From NCBI GenBank assembly GCA_963815195.1, contig CAWFGE010000021.1, forward strand, positions 64,001 through 128,000: 64,000 nt of DNA. Direction: 5' to 3'. The translations under genes and the position numbers were made by a program. The stretch is from an uncultured Planctomycetaceae bacterium (lineage in GTDB: Bacteria; Planctomycetota; Planctomycetia; Planctomycetales; Planctomycetaceae). Below are positions 11,715-23,684 of the stretch, piece by piece (the stretch's first letter is position 1; each line of letters starts with the position of its first letter). The notes beneath the pieces are model-generated. The model was given only the letters and a program-made list of their open reading frames with translations, searched no databases and was not told the origin of the DNA.

Positions 11715-12676
11715 ATGGACATTGTGACGATCACCGACCGCGGGTCCGGTGCGACGGCGAAGATTGCGGCGGGCTTGGGGTTTAACTGCTTTGAGTTCAT
11801 CGTTCCCGCGGACGAGCATCGCGTGGCGGTGATCGATGCCGCGGCGGACTTCGCCCAAGGAAACCAAAGCCCCAGCGGCCATGGGATTCCGATTCTGTTT
11901 CCTTATCCAAACCGCATTCGAGGCGGGCAATATCGTTGGATGGGACAGGAATATCATCTGCCGCCGGGCAAGGTGGCTTACAACAAGGACAACGCGATTC
12001 ATGGATTCTGTCTCGATCGTCCCTGGCGGGTGACGGAGCGGGGCGAGAATTTCGTCACGGGCGAATTCCAACTCAGCAAAGACGCCCCGGACCGCCGGGA
12101 TTTCTGGCCGGCGGACTTCCTGCTGGAGGTTCGCTACCGATTAAACGGCCGGGCGCTCGCGCGGACATTCGCGCGACCAACCCGGATATCGTGCCCTTGC
12201 CTTGGGGGTTTGGGACGCACCCGTACTTCAAGCTGCCTTTGATTCCCGAAAGCGATCCGGCCCGCTGCGTGCTCGAAGCGCCCGCCTCGGAGCAATGGGA
12301 ATTGATCGACTGCCTCCCCACGGGAAAAAAACGCCCGATCCCGCCGGAGATCGACATCCGCCGGGGCGCGTATTTCGATACGCTCAAGTTGGACGATGTG
12401 TTCACGGGGCTTCCCGAAGGCCCCGAACTGATCTCCTCAACGATCTGGGACGAGCGGGCGGGATTACAGATCGAACAGTTGACCGATCCGGTGTTTCGGG
12501 AACTCGTGGTGTATATGCCGCCGGGCCGGGCCGCGGTCTGCTTCGAGCCTTACACCTGCGTGACGGATGCGATCAATCTCGAGCCGCAAGGCATCGATGC
12601 GGGCTGGAAATCGCTCGAACCCGGGCAAACGTGGGATTCCTGGATCGAAATCCACGTCAACCGGATCATCGTTTAG
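11715..12676 (+). CDS. Aldose 1-epimerase (galactose mutarotase-like); apparent frameshift near 12155
   Basis: GIPILFPYPNRI and NAIHG, then in the next frame GFGTHPYF, LDDVF and VCFEPYT. Confidence 0.9.
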
Positions 12677-12797
12677 GCTCTTGAGGGCGTATCGGAAACT
12701 CGATCAACGGTTCCACGTCGGAAGAGAGCGACTCGACGGTGCCGTGATATGCCGCCGCCGGTCGCCGTATGGCTCGAGATTCCAGATTAAGTTGGAG

Positions 12798-13370
12798 TTA
12801 TTCATCAAGCCTCTTTCCCATACTCACTCGTTCTTCGACGCTGTACCCGAGTGACTCGTAAAATCCAACGGCGTCAGGATGCGACGCGAGAACTTGAAGA
12901 TTGACCTTCAAGCAGCCCCGTTCAACCAGGGCCTGCTCCATTTGACGGATCAGGGCACGGCTGGGCCGTTAGAAATTTGGTGTTGACGACGATTTGTCTT
13001 TGCGCAGCTTTTCGACCGTTCGTAAATCAATTTAAGAAAAAGGACCGAAGGTCCGGCCCTATGTCAGCCCAACGGGGCGGCCCGAAATCGGAAATACGCA
13101 ATGCCTTGTTCCGTGGCGAGAGTTGCCACATCGGGCCGCCCCCTTGGGGCTTGCGTTTCATGGATCATCCGTAACCCAGGGCGGCGCTGCGCTGGCCCTG
13201 GGCTAAGAGAGAGCCGGGCCTTCGGCCCGAATGCTTTCCAAAAAAACGAGAACAAAGGTGGCGCAAGCCAGAAACCCGGCGGCGGAACCCGGAATGAACC
13301 GCAACGGCGTAGAGCCAACCTCGGTGGCCGTCGTAGCCGCCCATCACCGTTCCCACAATCCGCCCGTTCC
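12798..13370 (-). pseudogene. GNAT (YpeA-like) acetyltransferase pseudogene, split by an insertion and 5'-truncated
   Basis: 13370-13276 encodes [30 protein letters not shown]. 12959-12798 encodes RALIRQMEQALVERGCLKVNLQVLASHPDAVGFYESLGYSVEERVSMGKRLDE*. These are consecutive parts of one GNAT protein. Confidence 0.85.
12962..13274. mobile_element. ~310-bp non-coding insertion carrying nested palindromes (REP/REPIN- or MITE-like)
   Basis: Interrupts the GNAT gene. Contains pairing arms GGACCGAAGGTCCGGC / GCCGGGCCTTCGGCCC, AGCCCAACGGGGCGGCCCGA / TCGGGCCGCCCCCTTGGGGCT and CCCAGGGC / GCCCTGGG. Confidence 0.65.
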
Positions 13371-13591
13371 CCGAGGATCATTTTTGCTTGATCGCGGGCC
13401 TCAGTTGCCGTCAGTTCTGGCCAGCTTCCCAGCTTCGTGCGGTTCTTCCTCCCGTTTGCCCACGCATCCCGATACCACACCTTTTTTTGCTTTGCGGATA
13501 CCGACAACGCGAACCCCTTTAACTCATCATCGTAGAGCCAGATTGCCTTGTCCGTCGGGTTTTTTGCTTCCTGCTTCCGGGTTTCCATCAT
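13371..13591 (-). pseudogene. Tyrosine integrase N-terminal arm-binding (DUF4102-like) domain remnant
   Basis: IWLYDDELKGFALSVSAKQKKVWY...NGRKNRTKLGSWPELTATEARDQA; no catalytic domain follows. Confidence 0.8.
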
Positions 13592-13925
13592 CTATCCCCC
13601 GAAAAACAGGCACAAAACAAACCATGCCAAACCGCAACAATCCGATTTTGACCGGAAACCTGGGACCAAATACTTCCGGGTTTATTTATTGGACTCCTGA
13701 ATTTATCCGGCCGGAGTTTGGTCGATCCGTTTCCCTATTGTAACTCTTGCAATTCGACCCCGCGCCGAGATCTCTGTTGACCCACAGACGAATTCCAGCT
13801 AATGGACTTTTTTGATTTGCACAAATTGGCCGAAACTCCCAAAGTCGCTTTGATCCGCTGCAAATCGGTAATTCGCGGCCTCGACGATGGCGTTCTTTCG
13901 AGGTTGCGAATGGGGGATATTCCTG

Positions 13926-15382
13926 ATGTCGCTATCGTCTCGCTCTAAACAATCCGACATCCACTCGCTGGATGCCTCGCGGTTGGTGACGCAGGGCAGC
14001 TTGTTGGATTTTCCCGAAGATCCCATCCGCTGCATGCGCGCGCTCTACGATCGCCACGGCGAACTCGCGGCGCTCCAGGACGGCACCCAGAAAATCGTGT
14101 TCGTGTTCGGGCCGAAGTGGAACCAGACCGTGCTCAACGACTCGGCCCGTTTTCATTCGCGGTTTTTCGCGCTCCGCGGCGGCAAGCGGTCGGCCCACCG
14201 CCGGCTCACGAGCGGGCTGTTGAGCATGAACGGCCCCGAACACAAAGAGCACCGCCGGATGGTGATGGGACCGTTCCAAAAACTGGCCGTGCGGAACCAC
14301 CTCGCCCCGGTCGCCGAGCACACCCAGCAGATGTTGGGCGAATGGACCGTCGGTGAAACGCGGGACATCAACGTGGACATGACGCAGTTCATGCTCCGCG
14401 TGACAAGTTCGATTTTATTCGGCGTCGATCAGCCCGAACTCGCCCACCACATCGGCGAGATGATCGACGTCTGGGTGCGGATGAACCACCAGATCGGCAT
14501 GGGGGCCTTGGTGTCCGATCCCTCCTTCACCCAAGGCTACGACCGGCTCTTGACGTTGGCCGAGGATCTGGAAGGGGCGCTCCGCACCATGATCCATCTC
14601 AAACGCTCGAGCGGAAAGTTGGGGCACGATGTGCTGTCGCTTTTGCTGGAGGCCCACGCGGACGGCGGAAAACTATCGGACGAGGAACTGCTCGGCCACG
14701 TGGCGCTTCTGTTTGGGGCCGCCCATCTCACCACCGCCCATACGCTGAGCTGGACGCTGTTCCTGTTGGCGCAGCATCCCGCGATTATGCGGCAGGTCTG
14801 GCAAGAACTCGAAACCAAGGTTTCAGGCCCCGCCCCGACGCTCGAGGAAGTTGCCCAACTGGAAATTCTCGACCGGGTCCTTAAGGAAAGCATGCGAATC
14901 CTGCCGGCGTCGGGCTATTTGCAGCGGATGTGTGCGGAGGATATCTGCAGCTCGGCCCGTTCCGGCTCACGCGGGGTTCGGCGATTGTGTTCAGCCAGTT
15001 CATCACGCACCACATTCCGGAACTCTATCCCGAACCGGAAGCGTTTCGCCCCGACCGCTGGCTGAGCATCTCGCCGTCACCTTATGCCTATCTCCCCTTC
15101 GGAGCCGGCCCGCGGATGTGCATTGGAGCATTATTGGCGACGATGACGCTCAAAACCGCCATTCCCACGATTTTGAAGCGCTACCGATTGACGCTGGCGG
15201 CGGATGCCGAGGTGGGCGGGGCGATCATCTCCACGATGCTCTGCCCGACGAGCGGGGTGATGATGGAGATTCACGAAGCGGACGGACAATTCGAGAGCCG
15301 GCCCGTCCGCGGGAACATTCACGATCTCGTCACTTTGCCCGACACATCGAAGTCCGGCGCCTCGTCCAGAAAAGCCGCGTAA
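13926..15382 (+). CDS. Cytochrome P450; apparent frameshift near 14940
   Basis: GLLSMNGPEHKEHRR, ExxR (KESMR), PEAFRPDRW and the heme motif PFGAGPRMCIG. Confidence 0.93.
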
Positions 15383-15642
15383 GTTTTCAATTTGCAATGA
15401 GTTATGGTTTATGTTCATCAGCGAGCGATCCCGCACCCCTCTGGCCGCTCGTGCAGATGTTCAAAAAATTCAGAAATGGGAGCCAATCTGAATTTGTGGA
15501 TTTGGGGGACGTTTTTGCGGAGGAGGTTGAATCGCGGGAGCGAAATTGACCGATACTCCCAGTGTTTCGCGAAGGGGCTCGCGATGAAAATGCGTGGGCC
15601 GTTGAGACGTTTTTTTTCAGTCTTAGTGCGGGCAACCACGTT

Positions 15643-17460
15643 ATGAGGGGTGATGGACCTTCGATGCTAGGATGGATCAAGGAGTTGGCCGGTCCGCCCC
15701 CCGACGACTTTCCCCACACCTGCTCGCCTGGGCTGGACGGCGAACGAACGCCTCGCCACTGGTGGTTTTGGGTTGGATTGGTTTTCCTTTGCGCGCTGCC
15801 CCGCATCGTTTTGGCCTGGCTGATGCCGGCCTATTGCAACGATGCCTATTTCTACGTCTATATTGCGGATCATATCACCGAAGGCAATCTGGCTCCCATG
15901 CTCACCAGCCTGGGAATTAACATTTACCCCCTGATCCTCATTGCCGGGCATTGGCTGGGATTCACGTGGACCGGCGGGGGCGTGGTGTGGGGCATCACCG
16001 TGGGCAGTCTCACGGTTCTGCCGCTCTATGGCTGGCTGCGGCGGATCGGCAGCGACCGCCTGGCGTTGGCTGGCTGTTTGCTCTACATCTCGCAGCCGAA
16101 ATTCATCGAGCTTTCGATGGAACCCATCCGCGATTCCACGTTTTGGTTCTTTTTCGTGTTGTGCCTGTACTCGACGTGGCGGGCGATGGAAGCGATGAAA
16201 TTCCGCTGGTGTCTGACCGCGGGAATCGCCTTGACGCTGGCCATCCACACCCGCACGGAAGGCTGGTTTTTGCTGATTCCGCTCGCGTGGTGGCTCTTGG
16301 CCCGGCTCGTCGAAAACCCGGGCCAGCGATTTCGGACCGCGGCCGGCGGCCTGGGATTGTTCGCCATGATCCCGCTGTTTCTGGTGGCCTTCAATCTGAC
16401 GCTGTTGCGGGCCGAGCCGGAATGGCGGTTTGGAAAGCTGAAACACTTTGCGACCGGCTGGGAGTGGTTTTGCGCCCATGTCCAACCGGTTTTCGGTCCC
16501 GGGAACGATCCCGAGCCGCAGACCCCTCCGCCGCGTCCCGCATCCGCGGCCGACGCGCCGCCCGTTCTTGTCGCGGCCAATCCGACTCCGTCGGCTCCCG
16601 CGCCGCCGGCCCCGGCCGCGGAAGTTTTACCCGACGAGCACCCCGCCGCCCCCGCCGTCGCGGTGACGCCGTCGGAACGGCCGATCGGAACGAAGGTCAA
16701 ACGCTTCTTTCAGCAACTGCACAGCACCTTCGAACCGCTGCATTATTTTTTGATCTTGGTGGGACTGTTGGGTTGGCCGCGGCTGCTTTGGCATCGCCGA
16801 TTTCTGCCGCTGTTGCTCTTGTCGGCGATGGTCTGTCTTTCCGTGTGGATTTTGCTGTCGCGGTTCGGCACCTCGAATGGGCGATATTTTCTGACGGCCT
16901 ATCTCGCGCTCCTGCCGCTCGAATCGCTGGCGCTTCTGCAGTTCGTGCATTGGTTTCATGAAAAGCAAAAGGCCTGGTCGAAGACGGACGGCGGTTGGCG
17001 CTGGGCGGCGACCGCAGCGTGCGCGGTGATCCTCGTGGGATGGATCGACGTATTCATTTACCGCGAAAGCACGCGAAAAGACGAAGTGGCCTTGGCCCAC
17101 TGGCTGAAATCCAAAACCGTCTCGGCTTCCCACGTCGCCGTCGATCCCGGAGCCAAACGGATCGGATACCACTTGCACGACAAGATGCCCGCCGTCATCG
17201 GCACTCCCTTTGAGTTGCCCAATCTCGATCCGAACAATCCGCCGGAAGTGGTGATCGTCTCGAAATGCTGCATTCCGCCCGAACAGCGGGCCGCCTATCG
17301 GGAACTCGCCGCGCGCTTAAAATATCACGTGATGGAACTGCCGGCGGACTTTCCCAAGTCGGGCCATCTCTGGGTTCTCGTCAAAGATACGCCGCCCGCT
17401 TCCGCCACAAATCACCTCGCCGCCAAGCCTCATTCCCCGCACGCTCCCTTCCGCAATTAG
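15643..17460 (+). CDS. GT-C fold membrane glycosyltransferase (ArnT/GT39-like) with Pro/Ala-rich insertion
   Basis: R..L...AYCNDAYFY loop, IYPL, RTEG, about 12 hydrophobic segments, NGRYFL. Start codon uncertain (15643 or 15664). Confidence 0.7.
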   Translation: MRGDGPSMLGWIKELAGPPPDDFPHTCSPGLDGERTPRHWWFWVGLVFLCALPRIVLAWLMPAYCNDAYFYVYIADHITEGNLAPMLTSLGINIYPLILIAGHWLGFTWTGGGVVWGITVGSLTVLPLYGWLRRIGSDRLALAGCLLYISQPKFIELSMEPIRDSTFWFFFVLCLYSTWRAMEAMKFRWCLTAGIALTLAIHTRTEGWFLLIPLAWWLLARLVENPGQRFRTAAGGLGLFAMIPLFLVAFNLTLLRAEPEWRFGKLKHFATGWEWFCAHVQPVFGPGNDPEPQTPPPRPASAADAPPVLVAANPTPSAPAPPAPAAEVLPDEHPAAPAVAVTPSERPIGTKVKRFFQQLHSTFEPLHYFLILVGLLGWPRLLWHRRFLPLLLLSAMVCLSVWILLSRFGTSNGRYFLTAYLALLPLESLALLQFVHWFHEKQKAWSKTDGGWRWAATAACAVILVGWIDVFIYRESTRKDEVALAHWLKSKTVSASHVAVDPGAKRIGYHLHDKMPAVIGTPFELPNLDPNNPPEVVIVSKCCIPPEQRAAYRELAARLKYHVMELPADFPKSGHLWVLVKDTPPASATNHLAAKPHSPHAPFRN

Positions 17461-17562
17461 AATCACGCGGTCTCGGCTCTCCGCCTTTCTCCTCGGATTT
17501 TGATACAATCGTTTTTGTGCATAACGATTTGTATTTGTTTCGATTCCAGGAGTCTTCGGGCC

Positions 17563-18267
17563 GTGGCTGTTCGGGTGCATTGTCCGGCCTGCCGGGCGGG
17601 CGTGATGGTGTTGAATGCCCGGTATCGGGTGTTTCTCCACTGCCACGAGTGCGGCCGCGAGTTCATGGCAAACGGCGGAGACTCTGCGGACGAATGGGAA
17701 CTCCTGGAAACCGACGAGCCGGAACAGCCGGCCTCGGAACCTGACGATTGGCTTTCGCGGGAGCCGGAACCCGGTTCGGCGGTGCTTGTGTTCTGTCCGA
17801 TGTGCGGCGAGTTGGCCCCCGAATTGGCCGACGCTTGCCCCGCGTGCGGCGAGCCGCTGCCCGCGGATCCGCCCGCACCGGCGGTGGAACTCGATCCGCA
17901 GCCTGTTGAGACGCGCCGTTTTCGCCGGCGGGCGCGATGGCTGGGACTGTTGTGGATTTGGCTGGCCTACAGCGTGGCGTTCCACGACATTTGGGTGGGC
18001 GGCCAGGAACTGGCGATCCCGCGGCTGCTCCTCGCGCGAAACATCGTGATTCCCGAAATCCCGCTCTTGGCCACCGGCTTGATCTGCCTGGCGGCATTCG
18101 CCTTGGCGGGGCAATTCTGGGCCATCGCGGCGGGCGGGTTTTTGAATTATCTCGTCCTGTTCCTCGTCGTATGGACCGCGAACCCGTTGAGCGTGGGCCT
18201 GTTGGCAGCGTCTATTTTTCTGACGCATTGGACGCTCCTCTACCCGCCCGCGGCGCGAACCCAATAA
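17563..18267 (+). CDS. Double zinc-ribbon membrane protein
   Basis: CPAC/CHEC and CPMC/CPAC pairs, then 3-4 TM segments; GTG start with AGGAG upstream. Confidence 0.7.
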   Translation: MAVRVHCPACRAGVMVLNARYRVFLHCHECGREFMANGGDSADEWELLETDEPEQPASEPDDWLSREPEPGSAVLVFCPMCGELAPELADACPACGEPLPADPPAPAVELDPQPVETRRFRRRARWLGLLWIWLAYSVAFHDIWVGGQELAIPRLLLARNIVIPEIPLLATGLICLAAFALAGQFWAIAAGGFLNYLVLFLVVWTANPLSVGLLAASIFLTHWTLLYPPAARTQ

Positions 18268-18315
18268 AATCCGCAGCCTCCTCGGCGAAGAGTTTCCCGG
18301 GCAAAGGCGGTCGCA

Positions 18316-19820
18316 TTAGCCGCTGGTGGTTGTGGAGCCGACTTTGGCGTTGGGCATGGGGCTCGTGGGAGCCAGTTCGGGAAGGCTGGGGACGAGTTTG
18401 TGATTGGACGGCTGATGATCTTGCAGCCATTTGGCGAGGTTCGAGATCAATTGATCGGGAATCTTCTGGTTGGCAGCCCGCGTCCCTCCTTCTTTGGGGG
18501 GATCCAGCCGTCCTGCGTGACGACGTGCGAGGCGATGGGCAGCAATTCGGTGTACGCATCTCGAACGGCATTGCCGAGCCCCTTGGCATTCAGTCCCGGC
18601 GGACGCTTGCTGCCGAAGAGCTTCATTTCCTGCTCGCTCACCGGATGAAAGGCGAAATACAAATCCGAAAAGCAGTCGAGCCAGTAGTAGGCGTCGGGGT
18701 CTTTTTGATATTGAAGGGCCATTTCGTTTTCGAGCAGCAGAATCTGAAATACGAGTTTCTCGGCGTTGATGCCGGGCGGGAGGTGGCAGCGGCCCAAAGC
18801 CCGCGCCGCGCGAGCCCTGACACACAGGTCCCGCTCTTTGTCCACGAGCACTTCGCTCAAGGCTTCGAGGATGATCGGCTTGCCGGAGTTGACATCGTTT
18901 TGAAAGTCCAATTCGCCCAGGGCGTCCAAGAGCCGTTTTTGATACCACTCGTGGGCGTTCGGGTCCTGAAGCTGAGCAATCAGCGCGTCGGCCATGGAAT
19001 TCCTCGTGGCGACGTCCAGGTCGGTGAGCGGGCTGAGCATGCCGATGCGACCGAGGCCGATGGCGGCTTGAATTTTCACGGCTTGCAGCTGCTCGTCGAT
19101 TCCGCCGCCGGTCTTGGTTTTGAGCACTTCCACAAGCGGAAGGGCCGCCTTGGCATAGGCGTGCTCTTCGATCTGTTTTTTGGCGTCTTCGTCGGTGAGA
19201 TTCAAATTGGCGAGGATGATCGCCGCGTTCAGGCGGACGTAAAAGTTGTTCTTCAAAAGCTCGGTCGCGCGTTTGGTGACTTCTTGGCACAAATAATAGC
19301 GAAAGGCTTTGACGTCTTTTGCCGGAACATCGCGGGCAATGCCCGCATAGCTGAACTCACGCGAGAATTGGGCTCGAAGTTCGTGCAGGCTTCGGCGTTC
19401 CTTCTTCAGAGTCATTTGATACAAACGCTGCTTGGCCCACTTTTCGATGATCTTCTTGTTCGCGTCGGTCAGTTGGGCGTTGCGGAAAACGGTGTTGGGT
19501 TTGTCTGCGCGAAGCTCTCGTTCCAACTGGTTGCTTTCCGCTTCGGTGATGAGTTCTTCGCTGAATTTCATCACCGGCGGAATAGCGCGGGGCGGTTGGT
19601 AGCCGGGCGGCAAATCCGGCTTGGCGTCTTCGGGCGCTTTTTTGTCCGGGGGGGCCGGTTTCGCGGGGGCGGCTTCTTGAGCCGAGGCTCCCACAACGCC
19701 CCAACCGCACGCCAAGACACAGAGAACGCACGCGGCCCCTGTTTTCCAGGGCGCTTTTGTAGCCGATTTATGCAAAAGGGGGTCTTTTCGCGTTAACGAG
19801 GATGGGGTCGATCGTCGCAC
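18316..19820 (-). CDS. Secreted HEAT-repeat-like hypothetical protein; probable frameshift near 18480
   Basis: Signal-like CVLCVLACGWGVVGASAQ; helical repeats (VRLNAAIILANL, VKIQAAIGLGRIG, VRARAARALGR). The C-terminus continues in the 18316 frame (LISNLAKWLQDHQP). Start uncertain. Confidence 0.65.
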
Positions 19821-20310
19821 CGAAAGCCTCTACGATTTCAAAGAGATGCCAAGGGAGATCGGAGGGATGGAGACATCACCCCAACCGAGCTGATTGGCCC
19901 GTGGTTTTCAGGGTACAGTTCCCACTGGTTTTTTTCCAGGTCCATTCGCTTCGATTCCCAAACCGCCAGCGAGGTGGGGACGAATAAAAGGAATGGGATG
20001 AGGGGTCCCATCGCCCGGCCGCGGACGGGAAATCATCAAGAAAGGAGTTGAAAGGGAACCCCGCGACGTTCGGTTCACCGTATCATTCCCATTCTAGGGC
20101 TGTCAAGCTGTAAAGCGTGTTCTCGGCGGGCTTTCCAAGGTTCATTTCTTTCCGAGACGCGGGGGGACAAGCGGACGCGGGGAGCGTTATAATAGATATG
20201 CAGCCAACCGGAGACGTCGTTCGCCAAAAATCGGCGGTTTTTTCGCGGGACGACTCCGCTGTTTTTTCGGATAGGGATCTAAAACTCGCCGCGGCCATGC
20301 ACCGGAGTCG

Positions 20311-21261
20311 ATGATGGCGATTTTGTTCAAGGACGACGTGTTTCTGGAACACGAGACGGGTCCGCATCCCGAATGTGCCGACCGCTTGCGCTCCATCTCT
20401 GCCCGATTGAAACGAGACGGCATCGAGCCGCGGTTTGCCCGGGGAACAATTCGCGTCGCGACGCTCGATGAACTCCAGCGAGTGCACGCCCCGGACTACA
20501 TCCACCGCGTCGAGGAATTTGCCGAACGCGGCGGCGGCCGCATCGAAGCCGACACCGTCCTCAGTCCGAAATCTTACGACGTCGCCTTGCGGGCGGCGGG
20601 CACGGCAATCGAGGCGGTCGATCAGGTTTTATCCGGACAACACGAACAGGCGGTGTGTTTGATCCGGCCGCCCGGACACCATGCGCTCCATGCCGGGGCG
20701 ATGGGGTTTTGCTTGTTCAATAACGTCGCGGTTGCGGCCCGGCATGCTCAAAAAGCCCACGGACTCGACCGCGTGTTGATCGTGGATTGGGACGTGCACC
20801 ACGGCAACGGCACCCAGGATGCGTTTTATCAGGACGGGCAGGTGTATTTTTTCTCGGCCCACCGCTGGCCGTTCTATCCGGGAACCGGGGCCAAATCGGA
20901 AACGGGGCAAGGCGAAGGCTTGGGCACGATTTTCAATTTGCCGCTCGCGTTCGGCATTTCCCGCAAGGATTATCACGAGGCCTTCGAGAACGTGCTCGCC
21001 GATGCCGCCGCTCGCTGCCGGCCGCAATTGGTCCTGGTGAGCGCGGGATTTGACGCCCACCGCGACGATCCCATTGGCTCCTTGGGATTGGAAAGCGAAG
21101 ACTTCGGCCGGTTGACCCAACTCGTCCTGGACGTGGCCCGCCAGTATTGCGGGGGCCGATTGGTAAGCCTCTTGGAAGGCGGCTACAACCTGGACGCCCT
21201 CGCCGAGTCTGTCGGCGTTCATTTGCAAACCATCGATCGTCAGGGTTCGACGACAAATTGA
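20311..21261 (+). CDS. Histone deacetylase family (AcuC/AphA-like) deacetylase
   Basis: [46 protein letters not shown]. Confidence 0.96.
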   Translation: MMAILFKDDVFLEHETGPHPECADRLRSISARLKRDGIEPRFARGTIRVATLDELQRVHAPDYIHRVEEFAERGGGRIEADTVLSPKSYDVALRAAGTAIEAVDQVLSGQHEQAVCLIRPPGHHALHAGAMGFCLFNNVAVAARHAQKAHGLDRVLIVDWDVHHGNGTQDAFYQDGQVYFFSAHRWPFYPGTGAKSETGQGEGLGTIFNLPLAFGISRKDYHEAFENVLADAAARCRPQLVLVSAGFDAHRDDPIGSLGLESEDFGRLTQLVLDVARQYCGGRLVSLLEGGYNLDALAESVGVHLQTIDRQGSTTN

Positions 21262-22805
21262 GTGTTGCCGTGGAGGAAGACGTATTCCTGGGCGGGGGCG
21301 ACCTCGTAGAGCAACGACACCTCCGGCGTTTTGAGAGTCCAGCCCGCGGGCCGGCTGGCTTGGAGTTTGGGAGCGGTCGCATTTCCCAAAGTCAGCGGGA
21401 TTTTTTCGTAGTCGAGGCCTTTGACAAACGTGGGCGAGTCCCCGAAGGCTACGGCGAACGGGCGATAGATCGTATTCGATTCCCGGTCCGCGATCCGGTA
21501 ATCCACCGGAACGAACAACGCATCCTGCTCCATGCGAAACCGCACCACCAGAAACCGCTGCCCGTCCGGGGGACTCGTGGGAGTCGCGGCGTCGATTTGT
21601 TTGGCGCTCGCCGCGATGGCGGCCCGGTCGGAAAGGAAGCCGGCGTCCGTCGGCGGGCCGATGATCTGAGCCCAGGCGACCATGCCGGGCAGTTTGTCGA
21701 GGGGCGGACGAAATTTCCCCAACGGGTTCACAGGTTCGGGAACGGCGACGGCCACCGCCGGCGAAAGCGTCAGGTCCAGATCGCCGGCCGGAGGATTCGG
21801 AAAAATCATCAGCACGCTGGTCGTTTTGCCCGGTGCGAGATCGACGCGAAAACCGCCGGAGTCCAAACCGATCAGTTCTTGGTCTTCGTAGCGTTCGCCT
21901 TCGACGATGGTGCTGCCGGCCATCTTCATAGGGGAAACGTCGTCGAAGTGAAAATAGACCGTGCCGTGGCCGCTTGTTCCCGCGCCGCCCTTAAGCGCGA
22001 TGTCGCTGCGTTTGAGTTCGATCGTGATCGGTTTGGGTGCGGTCAAACCGACGGTGACGACGACCGCTTCCACGGGGCTGCCGATGATTTCCACGCGGGT
22101 GCGGGAGCTCTTAATTAACTCGGCGGAAAACTCCGACGAGGCGGCATTGGGGTTGGGATTCGTGATCGAAGTCTTTGAGGTCAGCGTGCCGCCCATCCCG
22201 GACAAGTCCGCCGCGAGGGCCTCGTAGTTGGGAGAGAGCGGGAAAGACCGATTGCCGTGCCACAGCGTGGGGCTCGCGGCTTTCGGGGCGTCGTAGACCA
22301 GAAACACAGTAGGATTCGCGAGTTCGCACTTTTGGATTTTCTGTCCATCGTGCAGGATGCGGTCGGAGGCGCCCGGAACCAGATCGACCCGCTCGCCGAC
22401 GAACGACTCGGCGGAATTGTAAACGCCGCTGGGCCGGCCGAAACCGACGGCGTGCGGGGTGTATTGCTTGCCCGCGATCACGATGCGGTAATCTTTGGGG
22501 ACCAGAGTCGCCGATCCGTTCACGGGAATTCGCACGAACAGGAACTGCTCGCCCTTCAAAGGCGATTGCTGTTCGCGGAGACTTTCCTCTGGGCCGATCT
22601 GCACGCGGATTTTATCGTCCGCATATCCGCTTCCCGTCGGCTGCCCGATGAGCGGGGCCTTGGGCGGGGCGGCTTGGGGGACCGGGGGCGGCTTGGGGGC
22701 GTCGGATTGGCCGGTGTCCGAAGTCGCGGGGGATTGGTCTTTTCCACACGAGCACAATCCCAAAACCAGGAGAAGGCATCCAATCCGCAGAAACATTCCA
22801 GGCAT
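21240..22805 (-). CDS. Hypothetical lipoprotein with internally duplicated beta-rich domain
   Basis: Lipobox LCSC and a Pro-rich linker. QFLFVRIP...LVPKDYRI...YTPHAVGFG resembles QRFLVVRF...FVPVDYRI...YRPFAVAFG. Confidence 0.7.
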   Translation of the reverse strand: MPGMFLRIGCLLLVLGLCSCGKDQSPATSDTGQSDAPKPPPVPQAAPPKAPLIGQPTGSGYADDKIRVQIGPEESLREQQSPLKGEQFLFVRIPVNGSATLVPKDYRIVIAGKQYTPHAVGFGRPSGVYNSAESFVGERVDLVPGASDRILHDGQKIQKCELANPTVFLVYDAPKAASPTLWHGNRSFPLSPNYEALAADLSGMGGTLTSKTSITNPNPNAASSEFSAELIKSSRTRVEIIGSPVEAVVVTVGLTAPKPITIELKRSDIALKGGAGTSGHGTVYFHFDDVSPMKMAGSTIVEGERYEDQELIGLDSGGFRVDLAPGKTTSVLMIFPNPPAGDLDLTLSPAVAVAVPEPVNPLGKFRPPLDKLPGMVAWAQIIGPPTDAGFLSDRAAIAASAKQIDAATPTSPPDGQRFLVVRFRMEQDALFVPVDYRIADRESNTIYRPFAVAFGDSPTFVKGLDYEKIPLTLGNATAPKLQASRPAGWTLKTPEVSLLYEVAPAQEYVFLHGNTQFVVEP

Positions 22806-23066
22806 CAAATCTTTCCTCCGATTCGCCGGAGAGGGCATGGGCATTCGTTAGAGTTATCGGCAGTGCGTTCGCAGAACGACAACCGCTGCCCGCAAAGTTT
22901 TATCGTAGGCCATCGTTCGTTCCACTGCCAGAGAAACCGGGAATTGCCCCAGGACCTGCGACCACGCGGGCATGTTTTTCCACAGAAGCGGGTTGAAAAC
23001 GGCCTAAACATTGTGACAGAATCACAAAATCGATTGGGGCATCTCCTTTTTGAAGAGGACGAGATT

Positions 23067-23666
23067 ATGAAACGGACGTTACTGTTCGCTGGTCTGCTGG
23101 GATTCGCGATGGCGTTGGTTCCGCCGGTGGGTTTTTCGAATATCGGGCCGCCGCCCAATCCGCAGGTCCCGCTCAAGATCACCGCGGATAAAAAAACGAC
23201 GAAGAACCGGTTGATCATTCCCCGCAAGTTCCTGGAAAAGTCGGGAGCCGTCGGTTTGCGCGGCACCGCCGATGACGGTGCCAACCTGCGGACCGTGATT
23301 GCCGGTCTCGCGATTTCGGTCAGCGTTGTCTGCTTCGTGTTTTTATTGATCCGCCGCAAACACCGCGCGGCCCAGGCGATGGCGCTGCTCGCGGCGCTCG
23401 GCGGTGCGGGAGTTGTGTGGGTCAACCGGGCGTCGGCAGACCTGCCGCCTTCGATTTCCCGGATTCCCGAACAATGGACGCGGGTCGCCAAAGGAGATCG
23501 AAGTGTGACCATCGAAATCACCGACAAGGGCGACGCGGTGGAGTTGATTCTCGGCACGAAATACCGCGGCAACGGCGGCCAGCGCGAACCTCGGCCCTTT
23601 GAGGAACCCCCCGGATCCAAACCGGAAACAAGCGCCAAGCCAAAAGCCGAACCCAAGCCGGAATAG
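23067..23666 (+). CDS. Hypothetical exported/membrane protein with two signal-peptide-like segments
   Basis: GAGGA RBS; MKRTLLFAGLLGFAMALVPPVGFS-NIGPPP; internal TM segment plus RRKHRAAQAMALLAALGGAGVVWVNRASA-DLPP. Confidence 0.75.
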   Translation: MKRTLLFAGLLGFAMALVPPVGFSNIGPPPNPQVPLKITADKKTTKNRLIIPRKFLEKSGAVGLRGTADDGANLRTVIAGLAISVSVVCFVFLLIRRKHRAAQAMALLAALGGAGVVWVNRASADLPPSISRIPEQWTRVAKGDRSVTIEITDKGDAVELILGTKYRGNGGQREPRPFEEPPGSKPETSAKPKAEPKPE

Positions 23667-23684
23667 CATCTGCAGGGGCAAAGC

